Source: an uncultured Acidobacteriota bacterium (GTDB taxonomy: Bacteria; Acidobacteriota; Thermoanaerobaculia; UBA5066; Gp7-AA6). From it: a stretch of 64,000 nucleotides of DNA. Of this stretch, positions 53,538-64,000 are shown in pieces (within the stretch, counting starts at the first letter, position 1; each line of letters starts with the position of its first letter). The notes under the pieces were generated by a model, which worked only from the letters and a program-made list of their open reading frames with translations, was not told the DNA's origin and did no database searches. Location: the NCBI GenBank assembly GCA_963797495.1, contig CAWCPN010000002.1, positions 2,345,953 through 2,409,952 on the forward strand. Reading direction: 5' to 3'. The translations under genes and the position numbers were made by a program.

Positions 53538-54329
53538 CTACTGCTTCACGGTCGTCCAGGCGACCTTCTTCGCGCCGGCGGGCGGCGTGAACACGAACCG
53601 GTCGGCGGGAACCTTGGCGGAGAGATTCCAGTCGGAAAGCGACGTCACGATCCGGGGGGATCCCTTCTCGGTCTTGTACGTGACGGCGATGCGGCGGGGA
53701 AGCGGCTTCGCGCCGTCCTCGATCCAGACCTGCCAGTCGGCGTCGGGCTCGGAGAAGGCGAGGTGGCGGCAGGCGACGCCGTCGATCCGGGCCTCCCCCG
53801 CGTCGAACGCCGTCGTCACGCCCTCCATCATCCGGGCGTACGGGTCCTTCAGGATGAACCCCGCGGCCGGAAGGGGCATCTGGAAGCGGTCCATCAGCAT
53901 CATGATCGTTTCGTCGATCGTGGGCGGGGCATCCGTCTGCCCGTAGAACGAGCTCTTCGCGGAGTAGATCGATACCGTCTTTCCGTCGTACCAGAGCGAG
54001 GCGTCGTGCAGATCGCCGGCCATGTCGACGCGAATCTTGTCCGGCCGCGCCACCGCGATCGTCGCGACGGTGAAGAAGTCGAGGAGCGGTCCGTTGACCG
54101 AGGGCTGCTCCCGATCGGAGGAGGCCTTGAACGTGAAGCTGCCGGCGCCCTTCAGCAGATCGCTCATCGCCTTCAGCCGGTCGAGCGCGGCGGGCTCGAG
54201 CGGTGGCGGGGGAGCGGGGGTCGCCGCGGGGGTGGGCGCGGTGGATTGGGCGGCGACCGGGAGGGCCGCCAGCAGGAGCGCGACGACTCCCGAGGCTGCG
54301 GCGAGTCGGTTGCGGGATCGACTTCTCAA
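53538..54329 (-). CDS. DUF2092 periplasmic protein
   Basis: LKAMSD.L, RPDKIR, YDGK, CRHLAF, DWQVWI..G..PLP. Confidence 0.85.
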   Translation of the reverse strand: MRSRSRNRLAAASGVVALLLAALPVAAQSTAPTPAATPAPPPPLEPAALDRLKAMSDLLKGAGSFTFKASSDREQPSVNGPLLDFFTVATIAVARPDKIRVDMAGDLHDASLWYDGKTVSIYSAKSSFYGQTDAPPTIDETIMMLMDRFQMPLPAAGFILKDPYARMMEGVTTAFDAGEARIDGVACRHLAFSEPDADWQVWIEDGAKPLPRRIAVTYKTEKGSPRIVTSLSDWNLSAKVPADRFVFTPPAGAKKVAWTTVKQ

Positions 54330-54439
54330 CTGGGACCTCCTGTTTCGGAGACGAAGGCGTGCGAGAGGCGCCGATTAGATCACAGAGGTTCTCCCGGGCG
54401 CGATCCTGCGGAGCGGCTTCGATGTACGCTTTCCGGACG

Positions 54440-56848
54440 GTGACGCTCGTTTCCGGCACGCGGCTCGGGCCTTACGAGATCGTCGCGCCGCTCGGCGCGG
54501 GTGGTATGGGTGAAGTCTACCGGGCGCGCGACAGCCGCCTGGGGCGCGAGGTGGCGGTCAAGGTGCTGCCCGAGGCGCTGGCTTCGGACCCCGGCCGGTT
54601 GCGCCGCTTCGAGCAGGAGGCACGCTCGGCCTCGGCGCTCAATCATCCCAACATCGTCACGATCCACGACGTGGGCCGGACGAACACGGTGTCGTGGATC
54701 GCGATGGAGCTCGTGGAGGGGGCGAGCCTGCGCCAGCGGCTGGCGGAGGGCGCGATGCCGTCGAAGCAGGCGCTCGCGATCGGCGCCCAGATCGCCGCCG
54801 GTCTGGCCAAGGCGCACGAAGCGAGCATCGTTCATCGAGACCTGAAGCCCGAAAACGTCATGGTGACGTCCGAGGGACTCGTGAAGATTCTCGACTTCGG
54901 CCTCGCCAAGTCGCCGCCGGCCCCCGGTGAAGGGAGCCAGGTCGCCACCGCGACGCAGCAGACGAGCGCCGGCGTCGTTCTCGGGACCGTCGGCTACATG
55001 TCGCCGGAGCAGGCGACCGGAAGACCGGTGGACTACCGCTCGGACCAGTTCGCTCTGGGGGCCATCCTTTACGAGATGGTATCGGGCCGCCGTCCCTTTC
55101 AGCGCGCGACGGCGGTCGAGACGCTGTCCGCCATCCTGAAGGAGGAGCCGGAGCCCCTGTCGTCCGCCGGTCCGCCGACGCCCGAATCGCTGACGTGGAT
55201 CGTCGGTCGTTGCCTCGCCAAGGAGCCGGCGCGGCGCTATCAGTCGACGCACGATCTCGCGCGGGACCTCGCCGACGCGCGCGAACGGTCGTCGGGGATC
55301 GCACGATCTCCGGCGGGCGCGGGAAGGTCCGGGACGCCCCGGCGCGCAGCGATCGTCGTCGCCGCGCTGGCGCTCGCCGCGGTGGCGGCCTTCGCCGTGC
55401 TGCGCGGCCGGGCCAGGCCCTCGGTTTCCGACTCCGTCCGGTCGCTCGCCGTTCTTCCCCTGAAGCCTCTCGGCGGCGACGCCGGCGACGAGGCGCTGGG
55501 CCTGGGGATCGCGGACACGATCATCCGCGGCTTGAGCGGAGCGGGAGCGATCACCGTGCGGCCGCTCTCGGCCGTGCGCCGCTATGCGAAGTCGGACGCG
55601 GACGCCGTGACGGCCGCGAAGGAGCTGCGGACCGACGCGGTGCTCGAGGGCTCCGTGCAGCGATCGGGAGGCAAGCTGCGTGTCAGCGTCAACCTGCTCG
55701 GCGTGGGCGACGGGCGGTCCCTCTGGGCCGAGTCCTTCGACGTGCCGGCCTCGGAGGTCTTCGAGGTCCAGGATCGAGTGTCCGAAGCGATCGTCAGCCG
55801 TTTGCGTCTTCACCTGGAGCCGGCGCAGCGCGACCGGCTGAAGAAACGCTTCACCGACAACCCCGAGGCCTACCAGGAGTTTGCCCTCGCGGCGAGCGAG
55901 GAGGGCAAGGCCGGCCCGGGCTGGGGCGGCGACCATCTGCGCGAAGCCATCCGCCGTTACGAGCGGGCGGTGGTCCTCGATCCGAACTACGCGCTGGCCC
56001 ATGCGCGTCTGGCCGGGGCCTACCTGTGGGCGGACCTCCTCTTCGAGCCCGGCGCCGGCTACCTCGAAAAAGCCAATCGCTCGGTGGCGGAGGCCGAGCG
56101 ACTCGATTCGCAGCTCGCCGAGACGCATCTCTTCCGCTATCAGCTGGCCTGGAGCCACTACCAGAACTACGACATCCCGACGGCGCTGCGCGAGCTTCGG
56201 GCGGCGGTGGCCCTGGATCCCCTCTCGGCCCACCCCGAGCTCGCGATCCTCTACGCGCACATCGGGCTCGAGGACGCCTTCCGGCGCGAGGCCGCCCGCG
56301 CCCTGGAGGTCGATCCGTCGTCGGACTCGGCGCGCCGGTGGAGCGTCGAGGGGCTCGTGCTCCTGGGCCTCGCCGACGAGTCCCTCGCCGCGGCGAAGAC
56401 GCGGGGCCTGCCGCTCTCGGAATCCCGGCTCCCGATGAGTCTTCTTTCCCTCGGGCGCTTCGGCGAGGCCCGGGCGGCGACGGAGACTCTCCTCCGGGAG
56501 ACGCCGGGCCAGCACGTTGCCGTGGCGATGCGGGAGCTCGTGGCCGTCCTCTCCCGGGAGCGGCCGGTCGACGAGGCGGCCCTCGGGGCAGCGCTCGAGT
56601 CGGGGAAGCTCAAGCGCGACTACCACCACACGCTCTACGCGATCGCCTGCATCCGCGCGGCGCAGGGCGACAACCGGGCCGCGGTCGACATGCTTCGGCG
56701 TACCGTCGCGACCGGGATGCCGGACCGAACCCTGTTCCTCGCCGACGCGCTCCTGGCGGGTGTGCGCTCGAGTCCCGAGTTCGCCGCGTTCGACGCCGAG
56801 CTCGAGCCGGCCTGGCGGCAATTGGAAGAGGAAGAGTCAGGCGGCTGA
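54440..56848 (+). CDS. Ser/Thr kinase with TM, TolB-N-like and TPR regions
   Basis: LGAGGMGEVY, HRDLKPEN, DFG, YMSPEQ; SLAVLP, LEGSV, LDPNYALA. Confidence 0.93.
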   Translation: MTLVSGTRLGPYEIVAPLGAGGMGEVYRARDSRLGREVAVKVLPEALASDPGRLRRFEQEARSASALNHPNIVTIHDVGRTNTVSWIAMELVEGASLRQRLAEGAMPSKQALAIGAQIAAGLAKAHEASIVHRDLKPENVMVTSEGLVKILDFGLAKSPPAPGEGSQVATATQQTSAGVVLGTVGYMSPEQATGRPVDYRSDQFALGAILYEMVSGRRPFQRATAVETLSAILKEEPEPLSSAGPPTPESLTWIVGRCLAKEPARRYQSTHDLARDLADARERSSGIARSPAGAGRSGTPRRAAIVVAALALAAVAAFAVLRGRARPSVSDSVRSLAVLPLKPLGGDAGDEALGLGIADTIIRGLSGAGAITVRPLSAVRRYAKSDADAVTAAKELRTDAVLEGSVQRSGGKLRVSVNLLGVGDGRSLWAESFDVPASEVFEVQDRVSEAIVSRLRLHLEPAQRDRLKKRFTDNPEAYQEFALAASEEGKAGPGWGGDHLREAIRRYERAVVLDPNYALAHARLAGAYLWADLLFEPGAGYLEKANRSVAEAERLDSQLAETHLFRYQLAWSHYQNYDIPTALRELRAAVALDPLSAHPELAILYAHIGLEDAFRREAARALEVDPSSDSARRWSVEGLVLLGLADESLAAAKTRGLPLSESRLPMSLLSLGRFGEARAATETLLRETPGQHVAVAMRELVAVLSRERPVDEAALGAALESGKLKRDYHHTLYAIACIRAAQGDNRAAVDMLRRTVATGMPDRTLFLADALLAGVRSSPEFAAFDAELEPAWRQLEEEESGG

Positions 56849-56864
56849 TAGGCTCCTGCCAACC

Positions 56865-59536
56865 TTGACTCTGTCTGCCGGCTCGCGACTCGGCCCCTAC
56901 GAGATCCTCGCGCCCATCGGGGCGGGCGGGATGGGTGAGGTGTACAAGGCGCGGGACACGCGTCTGGAGCGCACGGTCGCGGTGAAGGTGCTGCCGCAGC
57001 ATCTCTCGGCTTCGCCGGAAGTGCGGCAGCGGTTCGAGCGCGAGGCGAAGACGGTTTCGCAGCTCTCGCATCCGCACGTCTGCGCGCTCTACGACGTGGG
57101 GCGCGAGGGCGAGACCGAGTACCTGGTCATGGAGTACCTGGAGGGGGAGACGCTGTCGGCGCGTCTGGCCGGCGGCTCGCTGCCGCTGACGCAGACGCTG
57201 AAGATCGGGGTGGAGATCGCGGACGCGCTGGACAAGGCGCACCGGCAGGGGATCGTGCACCGGGACCTGAAGCCCGGCAACGTGATGCTGACGAAGACGG
57301 GCGTCAAGCTGCTGGACTTCGGGCTCGCGAAGGCAATGGCGCCGACGAGCGCGCCGTCGTCCGGCGCGACGTCGCTGCCGACGGTGATGGGGGCGGCGAC
57401 GGGGGAGAACCTGACGCAGGAAGGGACGATCCTGGGGACGTTCCAGTACATGGCGCCCGAGCAGCTCGAGGGCAAGGAGGCCGACGGGCGGACGGACATC
57501 TTCGCGTTCGGGTGCGTGCTGTACGAGATGGCGACGGGTCGGAAGGCGTTTTCGGGCTCGTCGCAGGCGTCGCTGATCTCTTCGATCATGAAGGAGGAGC
57601 CGGCGCCGGTGTCGGCGGTGATGCCGACGTCGCCGCCGGCCTTGGATCGGGTCATCCGGAAAGCGCTCGACAAGGACCCGGAGGACCGGTGGCAGAGCGC
57701 GGGGGATCTCGGGAGCGAGCTGAAGTGGATCGCCGAGGGCGGCTCGCAGAGCGGGATTCCGGCGCCCGCGCTGCCGGCCCGGCGGCGCTCCGCGGCCTGG
57801 CTGCCCTGGGCGGTGGCGATCGTCCTCGCCGGCCTCGGCCTGGCCGCGGGAAGTCTCCTGCGTCGCGCTCCCGCGGCGCCCGTGCTCCGATCGTCGATCG
57901 ATCTGCCGCCGCAGATGGAGCTCGAGTCCTCCAATCAGTCGGTCGCCCTTTCGCCGGACGGCAGCGACGCTCGCCCTCGCGGCGACCGGGGCGGAGGGAA
58001 AGCGCCAGATCTGGGTTCGTCGCATGGACGGCTTCACCGTTGCGCCCCTGGCCGGTACCGACGATGCCGCGATCCCGTTCTGGTCGCCCGACGGCCGGAA
58101 CATCGGCTTCTTCGCCGATCGCAAGTTGAAGCGGATCCCGGCGGCCGGGGGGGCGGTCCAGACGATCTGCGAAGCCGCGGACGGCCGCGGCGCGAGCTGG
58201 AGCGTGGACGACGTGATCGTCTTCGCCCCCGCGCCCTTCGGCGGACTCTGGAAGGTCCCGGCCGGCGGCGGCACGGCGGAGCCGCTGACGAAAGCCGAGG
58301 GGGCGGGGGCCACACACCGACTGCCCTGGTTTCTTCCGGACGGGAAGCGCCTGCTCTATTTCTCCGGCACGCAGACCTCCGACGAGGAGAAGAAGAGCGC
58401 CATCGAGGCGCTGGACCTTCGGACGGGCCGATCCACGTTCGTCGCCCACGAAAACAGCGAGGGGCGATACGCGGAGCCCGGCTACCTCCTCTTCATTCGC
58501 GACGGGAATCTCCTCGCGCAGCGGCTGGATCCTTCCAGCCTGAAGGCGAAGGGGCCGGCGACGCCGATCGCCGAGGGCGTGCTGTTCGAGCCTTACCGGT
58601 GGTTCGGGAACTTCACCGTGTCGAACCTGGGTCTTCTGGTCTTCCAGAGCAACACCGCCCAGCGCAAGCGGCGGCTGACCTGGTTCGACCTCGACGGGCG
58701 GCAGCTCGGCCAGGTGGGCGAGGCGGCGGACTTCTTCTCGGTGACGCTTTCGCCCGACGATCGGCGTGTGGCCTCGACGATTCGGAGCGGCGCCTCGGCG
58801 AAGCCGGAGGTCCGTCTCTACGATCTGGATCGCGGCGTCGGTTCGCGGTTCACGTTCGGGGATCAGGGCGCGGACTTCCCGATCTGGTCGCCCGACGGAC
58901 GCCGGATCGCCTTCGGCGATCCCGGCTTCGGCGTTCGCGTCAAGGCCGCCGACGGCGCGTCGGAAGCGAAGGTCGTTTTGCCCGAGAGGACCAACATCTG
59001 GCCGCTGTCCTGGTCGCCGGATGGAAAGCACATGCTTCTGCGCATTCAGGATTCGAAGACGGGTGGCGTGGGTCTCTGGGACCTGGCGCTCGAGGGAGAT
59101 CATCAGCCCCGCAAGCTCGTCGACTCCGATCCGGACGAGTTCCTGAACGGGTCGATTTCGCCGGACGGCAAATGGCTGCTCTACGTCTCGAACGAGACCG
59201 GCCGGTCGGAGATCTACCTGGTCCCCTTCGCGGGGCTCGGCGAGAAACGGCAGGTGTCGACGGCCGGGGGCGCGTCGGGCCGGTGGCTCTCGGATCGGTC
59301 CATCGTCTATGGCCAGCCTCCCGACGGAAAGCTATTCGTCGTGGACGTGGACACGAAAGGCGGTTCGCTCCAGATCGGTCCGCCGCACCCGATCTTCGGC
59401 GGCAGGCCTTCGCCGCAGCGGCCCGTTCGACGCCTCCCATGACGGAAAGAGGCTGCTGTTTGCCGTGCCGGTGGACGACACCTCGTCGGCGCAGCTCCGC
59501 CTGGTCTCCGACTGGCTCGCCGAGCTCGGAAGGTAG
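56865..59536 (+). CDS. Ser/Thr kinase with PD40 beta-propeller (frameshifts near 57966 and 59415)
   Basis: IGAGGMGEVY, HRDLKPGN, DFG, YMAPEQ; repeated WSPDG/SPDG. Confidence 0.9.
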
Positions 59537-59696
59537 GGCCGGGGCTCGCCCCCGCCCCCTCGCGTCGCCGATCCCTGCGAGCCGGCTATCTTCCGACGCG
59601 GGGAGGGCGGCGGCCGGTGGGGCGACGCTTGCCCCGCTTCCTCTCGATGCGCCATGGGGGATGGAGCGTTCGAGTGGGCGGCGAGGGAGCCCCTAC
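59533..59696. repeat. Multi-hairpin intergenic element bounded by inverted GTAGGG ends
   Basis: GTAGGG...CCCTAC termini include both flanking stop codons; internal CGCGTCG/CGACGCG and GGGGC/GCCCC stems. Confidence 0.5.
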
Positions 59697-60190
59697 GACC
59701 AGACGGTCTGGATGCGGGGCGGCTGCGTCAGCGTCTGCATGACGACGCAGTACTGCTCGGTCTTCCCGGCGAGCGCGCGGAGCTGATCGGGCGTCGCGTC
59801 CGGCGCGTCGACCGTGAACTCGAGGCGGATCGACTCGAACCCGACGGGGACCTCCTTCGAGATGCCGAGCGTGCCCGCCAGATCGAGGTCGCCTTCGACG
59901 GAAACGGCGATCGATTTCGTCGGGATCCCCATGGCGGCCGCCACCATCTGGCAGGTCACCTGCGCGCAGGCGGCGAGCGCGCCCAGCAGCAGGTCGCCCG
60001 AGCAGGCGCCGGTCCCGGCGCCGCCGACGCCCGAGTGGGCCTGGGCCTCGTACACGGCCCGCCCGATGTCGATCGAACAGGCGATCGGGGCCCCGGCCTC
60101 GGTCCCCTTCGCGCTGAGCGTGATGCGCGAGGCCGAGGGCTCGGCGCGGTAACGGTCCTTCAGCGGCTTCTGGACGGAACGCAGGTCCAT
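59693..60190 (-). CDS. OsmC-family protein
   Basis: CSGDLLLGALAAC, VEGDLD, YCVVMQTL. Confidence 0.88.
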   Translation of the reverse strand: MDLRSVQKPLKDRYRAEPSASRITLSAKGTEAGAPIACSIDIGRAVYEAQAHSGVGGAGTGACSGDLLLGALAACAQVTCQMVAAAMGIPTKSIAVSVEGDLDLAGTLGISKEVPVGFESIRLEFTVDAPDATPDQLRALAGKTEQYCVVMQTLTQPPRIQTVWS

Positions 60191-60213
60191 CGTCGGGCCT
60201 CCCGGTCTAGTCT

Positions 60214-60714
60214 ATGGCCCCGGAGAGCTCGGACATGGACTTCGTCATCGTCGTCGAGTGCATCGCGGTCTTCTTCACCGGGCTTCTGGCCGGGATCCTC
60301 TTCGGGGACCGCGCCGGGAACACCCACGCGCGGGCGAAGCTCCCGCTTCCGGCCTTTCTGGCGTTCCAGCGGGAGCAGAACCGCCGCTTCTCGGCGATGA
60401 TGCCCGTTCCGATTCTCGCGGCCGTCGTCGCGAGCGCCGGCTGGCTGGTGTTGCTCCGGTCCCGTTCGGACTCGGCCGACTTCCGGCTGGCGGCTGTCGG
60501 AACGGCGGCGCTCGTTCTCGTCGTGGCGATCACCCGGATCGTGAACATCCCCATCAACCACCGTGTCGACTCGGCGATCGACGGCTCGGAGCCCTCACAG
60601 GCGCAGGCGCTCTGGTCGCGGTGGGAGCGCGCCCACACGGCACGCACCGTGTTTGCCGTGCTGGCGTTCCTGTGCGAGCTCGCCGCGCTCGGGGTTTCGG
60701 CGTCGGGCCCTTAG
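60214..60714 (+). CDS. DUF1772 / anthrone-oxygenase-like membrane protein
   Basis: [20 protein letters not shown]; start may be ATG 60235. Confidence 0.75.
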   Translation: MAPESSDMDFVIVVECIAVFFTGLLAGILFGDRAGNTHARAKLPLPAFLAFQREQNRRFSAMMPVPILAAVVASAGWLVLLRSRSDSADFRLAAVGTAALVLVVAITRIVNIPINHRVDSAIDGSEPSQAQALWSRWERAHTARTVFAVLAFLCELAALGVSASGP

Positions 60715-61961
60715 GCCGGGACGGGCCGGGCCGTATCCTTGCGGGGGTACTTCGTCGCGACGTAGTCGTCGACGAGGGCGCGGAAGGCGGCCGCGAGCTC
60801 TTCGTAGGTGCCCTTGAGCGTCTTGAAGTGCTGCCCGTCGATGTAGACGGGGCAGTGCGGCTCCTCGCCGGTGCCCGGAAGCGAGATGCCGATCGAGGCG
60901 GCCTTCGACTCGCCCGGGCCGTTGACGACGCAGCCCATCACCGCGAGCGTCATGTTCTCGACACCCTCGTGCTCCTGCTTCCACACCGGCATCTGATCCC
61001 GGATGTAACCCTGGATGCGCTCGGCGAGCTCCTGGAAGGTCGTCGAGGTCGTGCGCCCGCAGCCGGGGCAGGCGGTGACCGACGGCGCGAAGGAACGGAT
61101 GCCGAGCGACTGGAGCAGCTCGCAGGCCGCGTAGACTTCCTCGCGCCGGTCGCCGCCCGGCCGGGGTGTCAGCGAGATGCGGATCGTGTCGCCGATGCCT
61201 TCGTTCAGCAGAACACCCATCGCCGACGAGGACCAGACGAGGCCCTTCATCCCCATTCCCGCCTCGGTCAGGCCCAGGTGCAGCGGCTGGTCCGTGCGCG
61301 TCGCCAGTTCCCGGTAGACGGCGATCAGGTCGAGCGGCCGGGAGACCTTGCACGAGATGATGATCTGGTCCTTGCGCAGCCCCGACTGGAGCGCGAGCTC
61401 GGTCGACTGCAGGGCCGAGAGGATCATGCACTCGTTGATGATCTCCTCGGAGGTCTTGCCGAGGTCGCGGTCCGTGTTCTCCTGCATCTTCTCCATGACG
61501 AGCTCCTGGTTCAGGGAGCCGCCGTTGACGCCGATCCTCACGGGCTTGCCGTTGTCGACCGCGATCCGGCAGATCGTCGCGAACTGCTCGTCGCGCCGGG
61601 TGCCCTTGCCGACGTTGCCGGGGTTGATCCGGTACTTGTCGAGCGCCTTCGCGCAGTCCGGGAACTTCGTCAGCAGGACGTGGCCGTTGTAGTGGAAGTC
61701 GCCGATCAGCGGCGCGTCGGCGCCCGCGGCGAGCATGCGCTTCTTGATCTCGGGAACCGCCGCGGCCGCCTCGGAGACGTTGACGGTGATGCGGACGAGC
61801 TCCGAGCCCGCCCGGGCGAGCTCGATGCACTGCTGGGTCGTGGATTTCACGTCCGCCGTGTCGGTGTTCGCCATCGACTGGACCACGACGGGCGCGCCGC
61901 CGCCGACCATCACTTTGCCGACGGGGACGCCCACGGTGCGGTGCCGGATGCGCTGGGTCAT
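60711..61961 (-). CDS. ispG: 4-hydroxy-3-methylbut-2-enyl diphosphate synthase
   Basis: [45 protein letters not shown]. Confidence 0.96.
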   Translation of the reverse strand: MTQRIRHRTVGVPVGKVMVGGGAPVVVQSMANTDTADVKSTTQQCIELARAGSELVRITVNVSEAAAAVPEIKKRMLAAGADAPLIGDFHYNGHVLLTKFPDCAKALDKYRINPGNVGKGTRRDEQFATICRIAVDNGKPVRIGVNGGSLNQELVMEKMQENTDRDLGKTSEEIINECMILSALQSTELALQSGLRKDQIIISCKVSRPLDLIAVYRELATRTDQPLHLGLTEAGMGMKGLVWSSSAMGVLLNEGIGDTIRISLTPRPGGDRREEVYAACELLQSLGIRSFAPSVTACPGCGRTTSTTFQELAERIQGYIRDQMPVWKQEHEGVENMTLAVMGCVVNGPGESKAASIGISLPGTGEEPHCPVYIDGQHFKTLKGTYEELAAAFRALVDDYVATKYPRKDTARPVPA

Positions 61962-62035
61962 GGGCCGATCAATCTACCAGATGCGGCAAGGGCGGCGGTG
62001 GACGGGTCGCGCCTATCTTGTATGCTCCGAACGAC

Positions 62036-64000
62036 TTGACGCTCGCTTCCGGAACCCGGCTCGGCCCTTACGAGATCCTGGCGCCGCTCGGCGCGGGGGG
62101 AATGGGCGAGGTGTACCGGGCGAAGGACTCGAGGCTTCACCGCGACGTCGCGATCAAGATCCTTCCCGAGTCGGTGGCGCGCGACCCGGAGCGGCTGGCG
62201 CGCTTCCAGCGCGAAGCGCAAGTCCTGGCCGCGCTGAATCATCCGCACATCGCCGCCATCTACGGCCTCGAGGAGGCGGGCGGTGTGCCGGCGCTGGTCC
62301 TGGAGTTCGTCGAGGGAGAGACGCTCGCGCAACGCCTGGCCCAGGGCCCGATGCCGATCGATGAAGCGCTCGGCGTCGCGCGCGGGATCGCGGAAGCCCT
62401 CGAAGCGGCGCACGAAAAGGGGATCGTCCACCGGGACCTGAAGCCCGCCAACGTGATACTGACGCCGGGCGGCTCCGTGAAGGTTCTCGATTTCGGTCTC
62501 GCGAAGGCCCTGGCCGTGGACGGCGCGGCTCCCGACGTGACCCGCTCGCCGACGATCACGGCCGCCGCGACCCAGGCGGGTGTCGTCCTCGGAACGGCGG
62601 CCTACATGTCGCCGGAGCAAGCGCGCGGCAAAGCCGTCGACAAGCGCTCCGACATCTGGTCGTTCGGGGCGCTGGTGTACGAAATGCTGACGGGCCAGCG
62701 GTGCTTCGAGGGTGAGACCGTGTCGGACGTGCTCGCATCGGTTCTGCGGCAGGACCCCGAGTGGTCGAGGCTTCCGCGCGAGACTCCGGCGGCGGTCAGA
62801 CTGTTGCTCCGCCGTTGCCTCGAGCGCGACCCGAAGAAGCGGCTGCGCGACATCGGCGACGCGTGGCTCGAGGGCGCGGCAGGGCCGGACCCGGCCCCGG
62901 CTTCCCGGAGATTCCCGATCGGCTGGACCGCGGCCGTCGTTCTCGCGCTGGCGGCGGGTTACGCCGCCGCGCGTTGGCTCGCGAAGGCCGAGCCTCCGGC
63001 AGGGCGGCCGGCGGCGACCCATTCGATCGTCCGTCTGCCTCCCGGGGCGCGGCTCTCGGGCTGGGCGTCCCCCGTCGTCGCGATCTCGCGCGACGGGCGC
63101 GTCGTCGCGTTCGTCGCCGAGAAAGAGAACGAGCCGCAGCGGCTTTGGATCCACCGGCTCGATCGCGACGACACGAAGGTCGTCCCCGACAGCGACAGCG
63201 CGGAGGGCCCCTTCTTCTCGCAGGACGGGCAGTGGATCGGCTTCGCCACGAACGTCTCGCAATCCGGAGGCGCTGGAGAAGGACGGCTCAAGAAGTACTC
63301 CGTCTCGACCGGACTGACGCAGCCGGTGGCCTCGATACCCGACTACTACGGCGGCAGCTTCGCCGCCGACGGCTCGATTCTGGTCGCCGCTTCGACGACC
63401 GAGGGCCTCTGGCGTCTGCCGGCCGGTGGCGGAAAGCCCGACACTTCGACCGAGAGAGTCGTCTGGCAGGGAAAGGAGGTGACGCGGTCGATGTCCTGGC
63501 CGCAGATCCTTCCCGGAGGTGCGGCGGCCCTCGTCACGGACGTGGATGCCGTGCCGATGAGCGTCGCTGCGCTCGACCTTCGCAACCGCCACCTCCGGAC
63601 GCTCGCCACGGACGTCAGGTTCTGCCGGTATTCGGGCGACGGCCGGCTCCTGATGCTGAAGGCCGACCGGACGCTGCTCGCGGCTCCGTTCGATCCCGCA
63701 AGCCTCCGCATGACGGGCGAGGCGGTGGCCGTGCTGAAGGACGTCGCGTTCGGAGGCAACGATGGAGGTTCCTTCGCGCTCTCCGAAACCGGGACGCTGG
63801 TCTACGCGACGGGCACCCTCCGTGGTAGCGGTCTCGAACCCATGCGCCTCGTCCGCGTCACGGAGAAGGGCGGGATCGATCCGCTGCCCGTTCGAGTCCG
63901 AGGCGTTCGGCCGAGTGCCGGCCCCTTCCCCGGACGGTCGAAGACTCGCCGCCATGACGATGGACGGCTCGCTATGGATCTACGACCTCGCGAGGCGCGT
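62036..64000 (+). CDS. Ser/Thr kinase with PD40 propeller, truncated by window end
   Basis: Read directly from TTG 62036: LGPYEILAPLGAGGMGEVY, HRDLKPAN, DFG, YMSPEQ; absent from ORF track. Confidence 0.9.
   Translation, partial: MTLASGTRLGPYEILAPLGAGGMGEVYRAKDSRLHRDVAIKILPESVARDPERLARFQREAQVLAALNHPHIAAIYGLEEAGGVPALVLEFVEGETLAQRLAQGPMPIDEALGVARGIAEALEAAHEKGIVHRDLKPANVILTPGGSVKVLDFGLAKALAVDGAAPDVTRSPTITAAATQAGVVLGTAAYMSPEQARGKAVDKRSDIWSFGALVYEMLTGQRCFEGETVSDVLASVLRQDPEWSRLPRETPAAVRLLLRRCLERDPKKRLRDIGDAWLEGAAGPDPAPASRRFPIGWTAAVVLALAAGYAAARWLAKAEPPAGRPAATHSIVRLPPGARLSGWASPVVAISRDGRVVAFVAEKENEPQRLWIHRLDRDDTKVVPDSDSAEGPFFSQDGQWIGFATNVSQSGGAGEGRLKKYSVSTGLTQPVASIPDYYGGSFAADGSILVAASTTEGLWRLPAGGGKPDTSTERVVWQGKEVTRSMSWPQILPGGAAALVTDVDAVPMSVAALDLRNRHLRTLATDVRFCRYSGDGRLLMLKADRTLLAAPFDPASLRMTGEAVAVLKDVAFGGNDGGSFALSETGTLVYATGTLRGSGLEPMRLVRVTEKGGIDPLPVRVRGVRPSAGPFPGRSKTRRHDDGRLAMDLRPREAR

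Overview
High-GC (about 70% by eye) chromosomal window, densely coding. The gene set (lepA-lepB-lepB, VWA/Ig protein, several Pkn-type Ser/Thr kinases with TPR or PD40 tails, bacillithiol genes) suggests Acidobacteriota, perhaps Thermoanaerobaculia; this is inference. Housekeeping and metabolic content: lepA, tsaD, mtnA, ggt, pgk-tpiA-secG-tRNA-Leu(GAG), add, bshC-bshB1-bshA with a coupled methyltransferase, dus, M16/M18/M24/S10 peptidases, tdh/kbl, class II aldolase, ispG. Many genes carry single-base frameshifts that look like long-read errors. No CRISPR, prophage or transposase was seen. The most striking unexplained signal is a family of intergenic structured elements (3855-4070, 20939-21164, partial 52994-53096). 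They differ in sequence but keep the same multi-branch fold through compensatory changes, with GNA triloops and tandem G.A mismatches; the two full copies sit beside a GTAG-type REP hairpin. Other leads: a cupredoxin / HAMP Ser-Thr kinase / porin operon, a candidate N-methyl-bacillithiol operon, pervasive leaderless and bidirectional -10 promoters, a toxin-antitoxin pair coupled to tsaD, an internally deleted FAD oxidase, a degenerate QueD-like protein and a possible PII-like gene between tdh and kbl.
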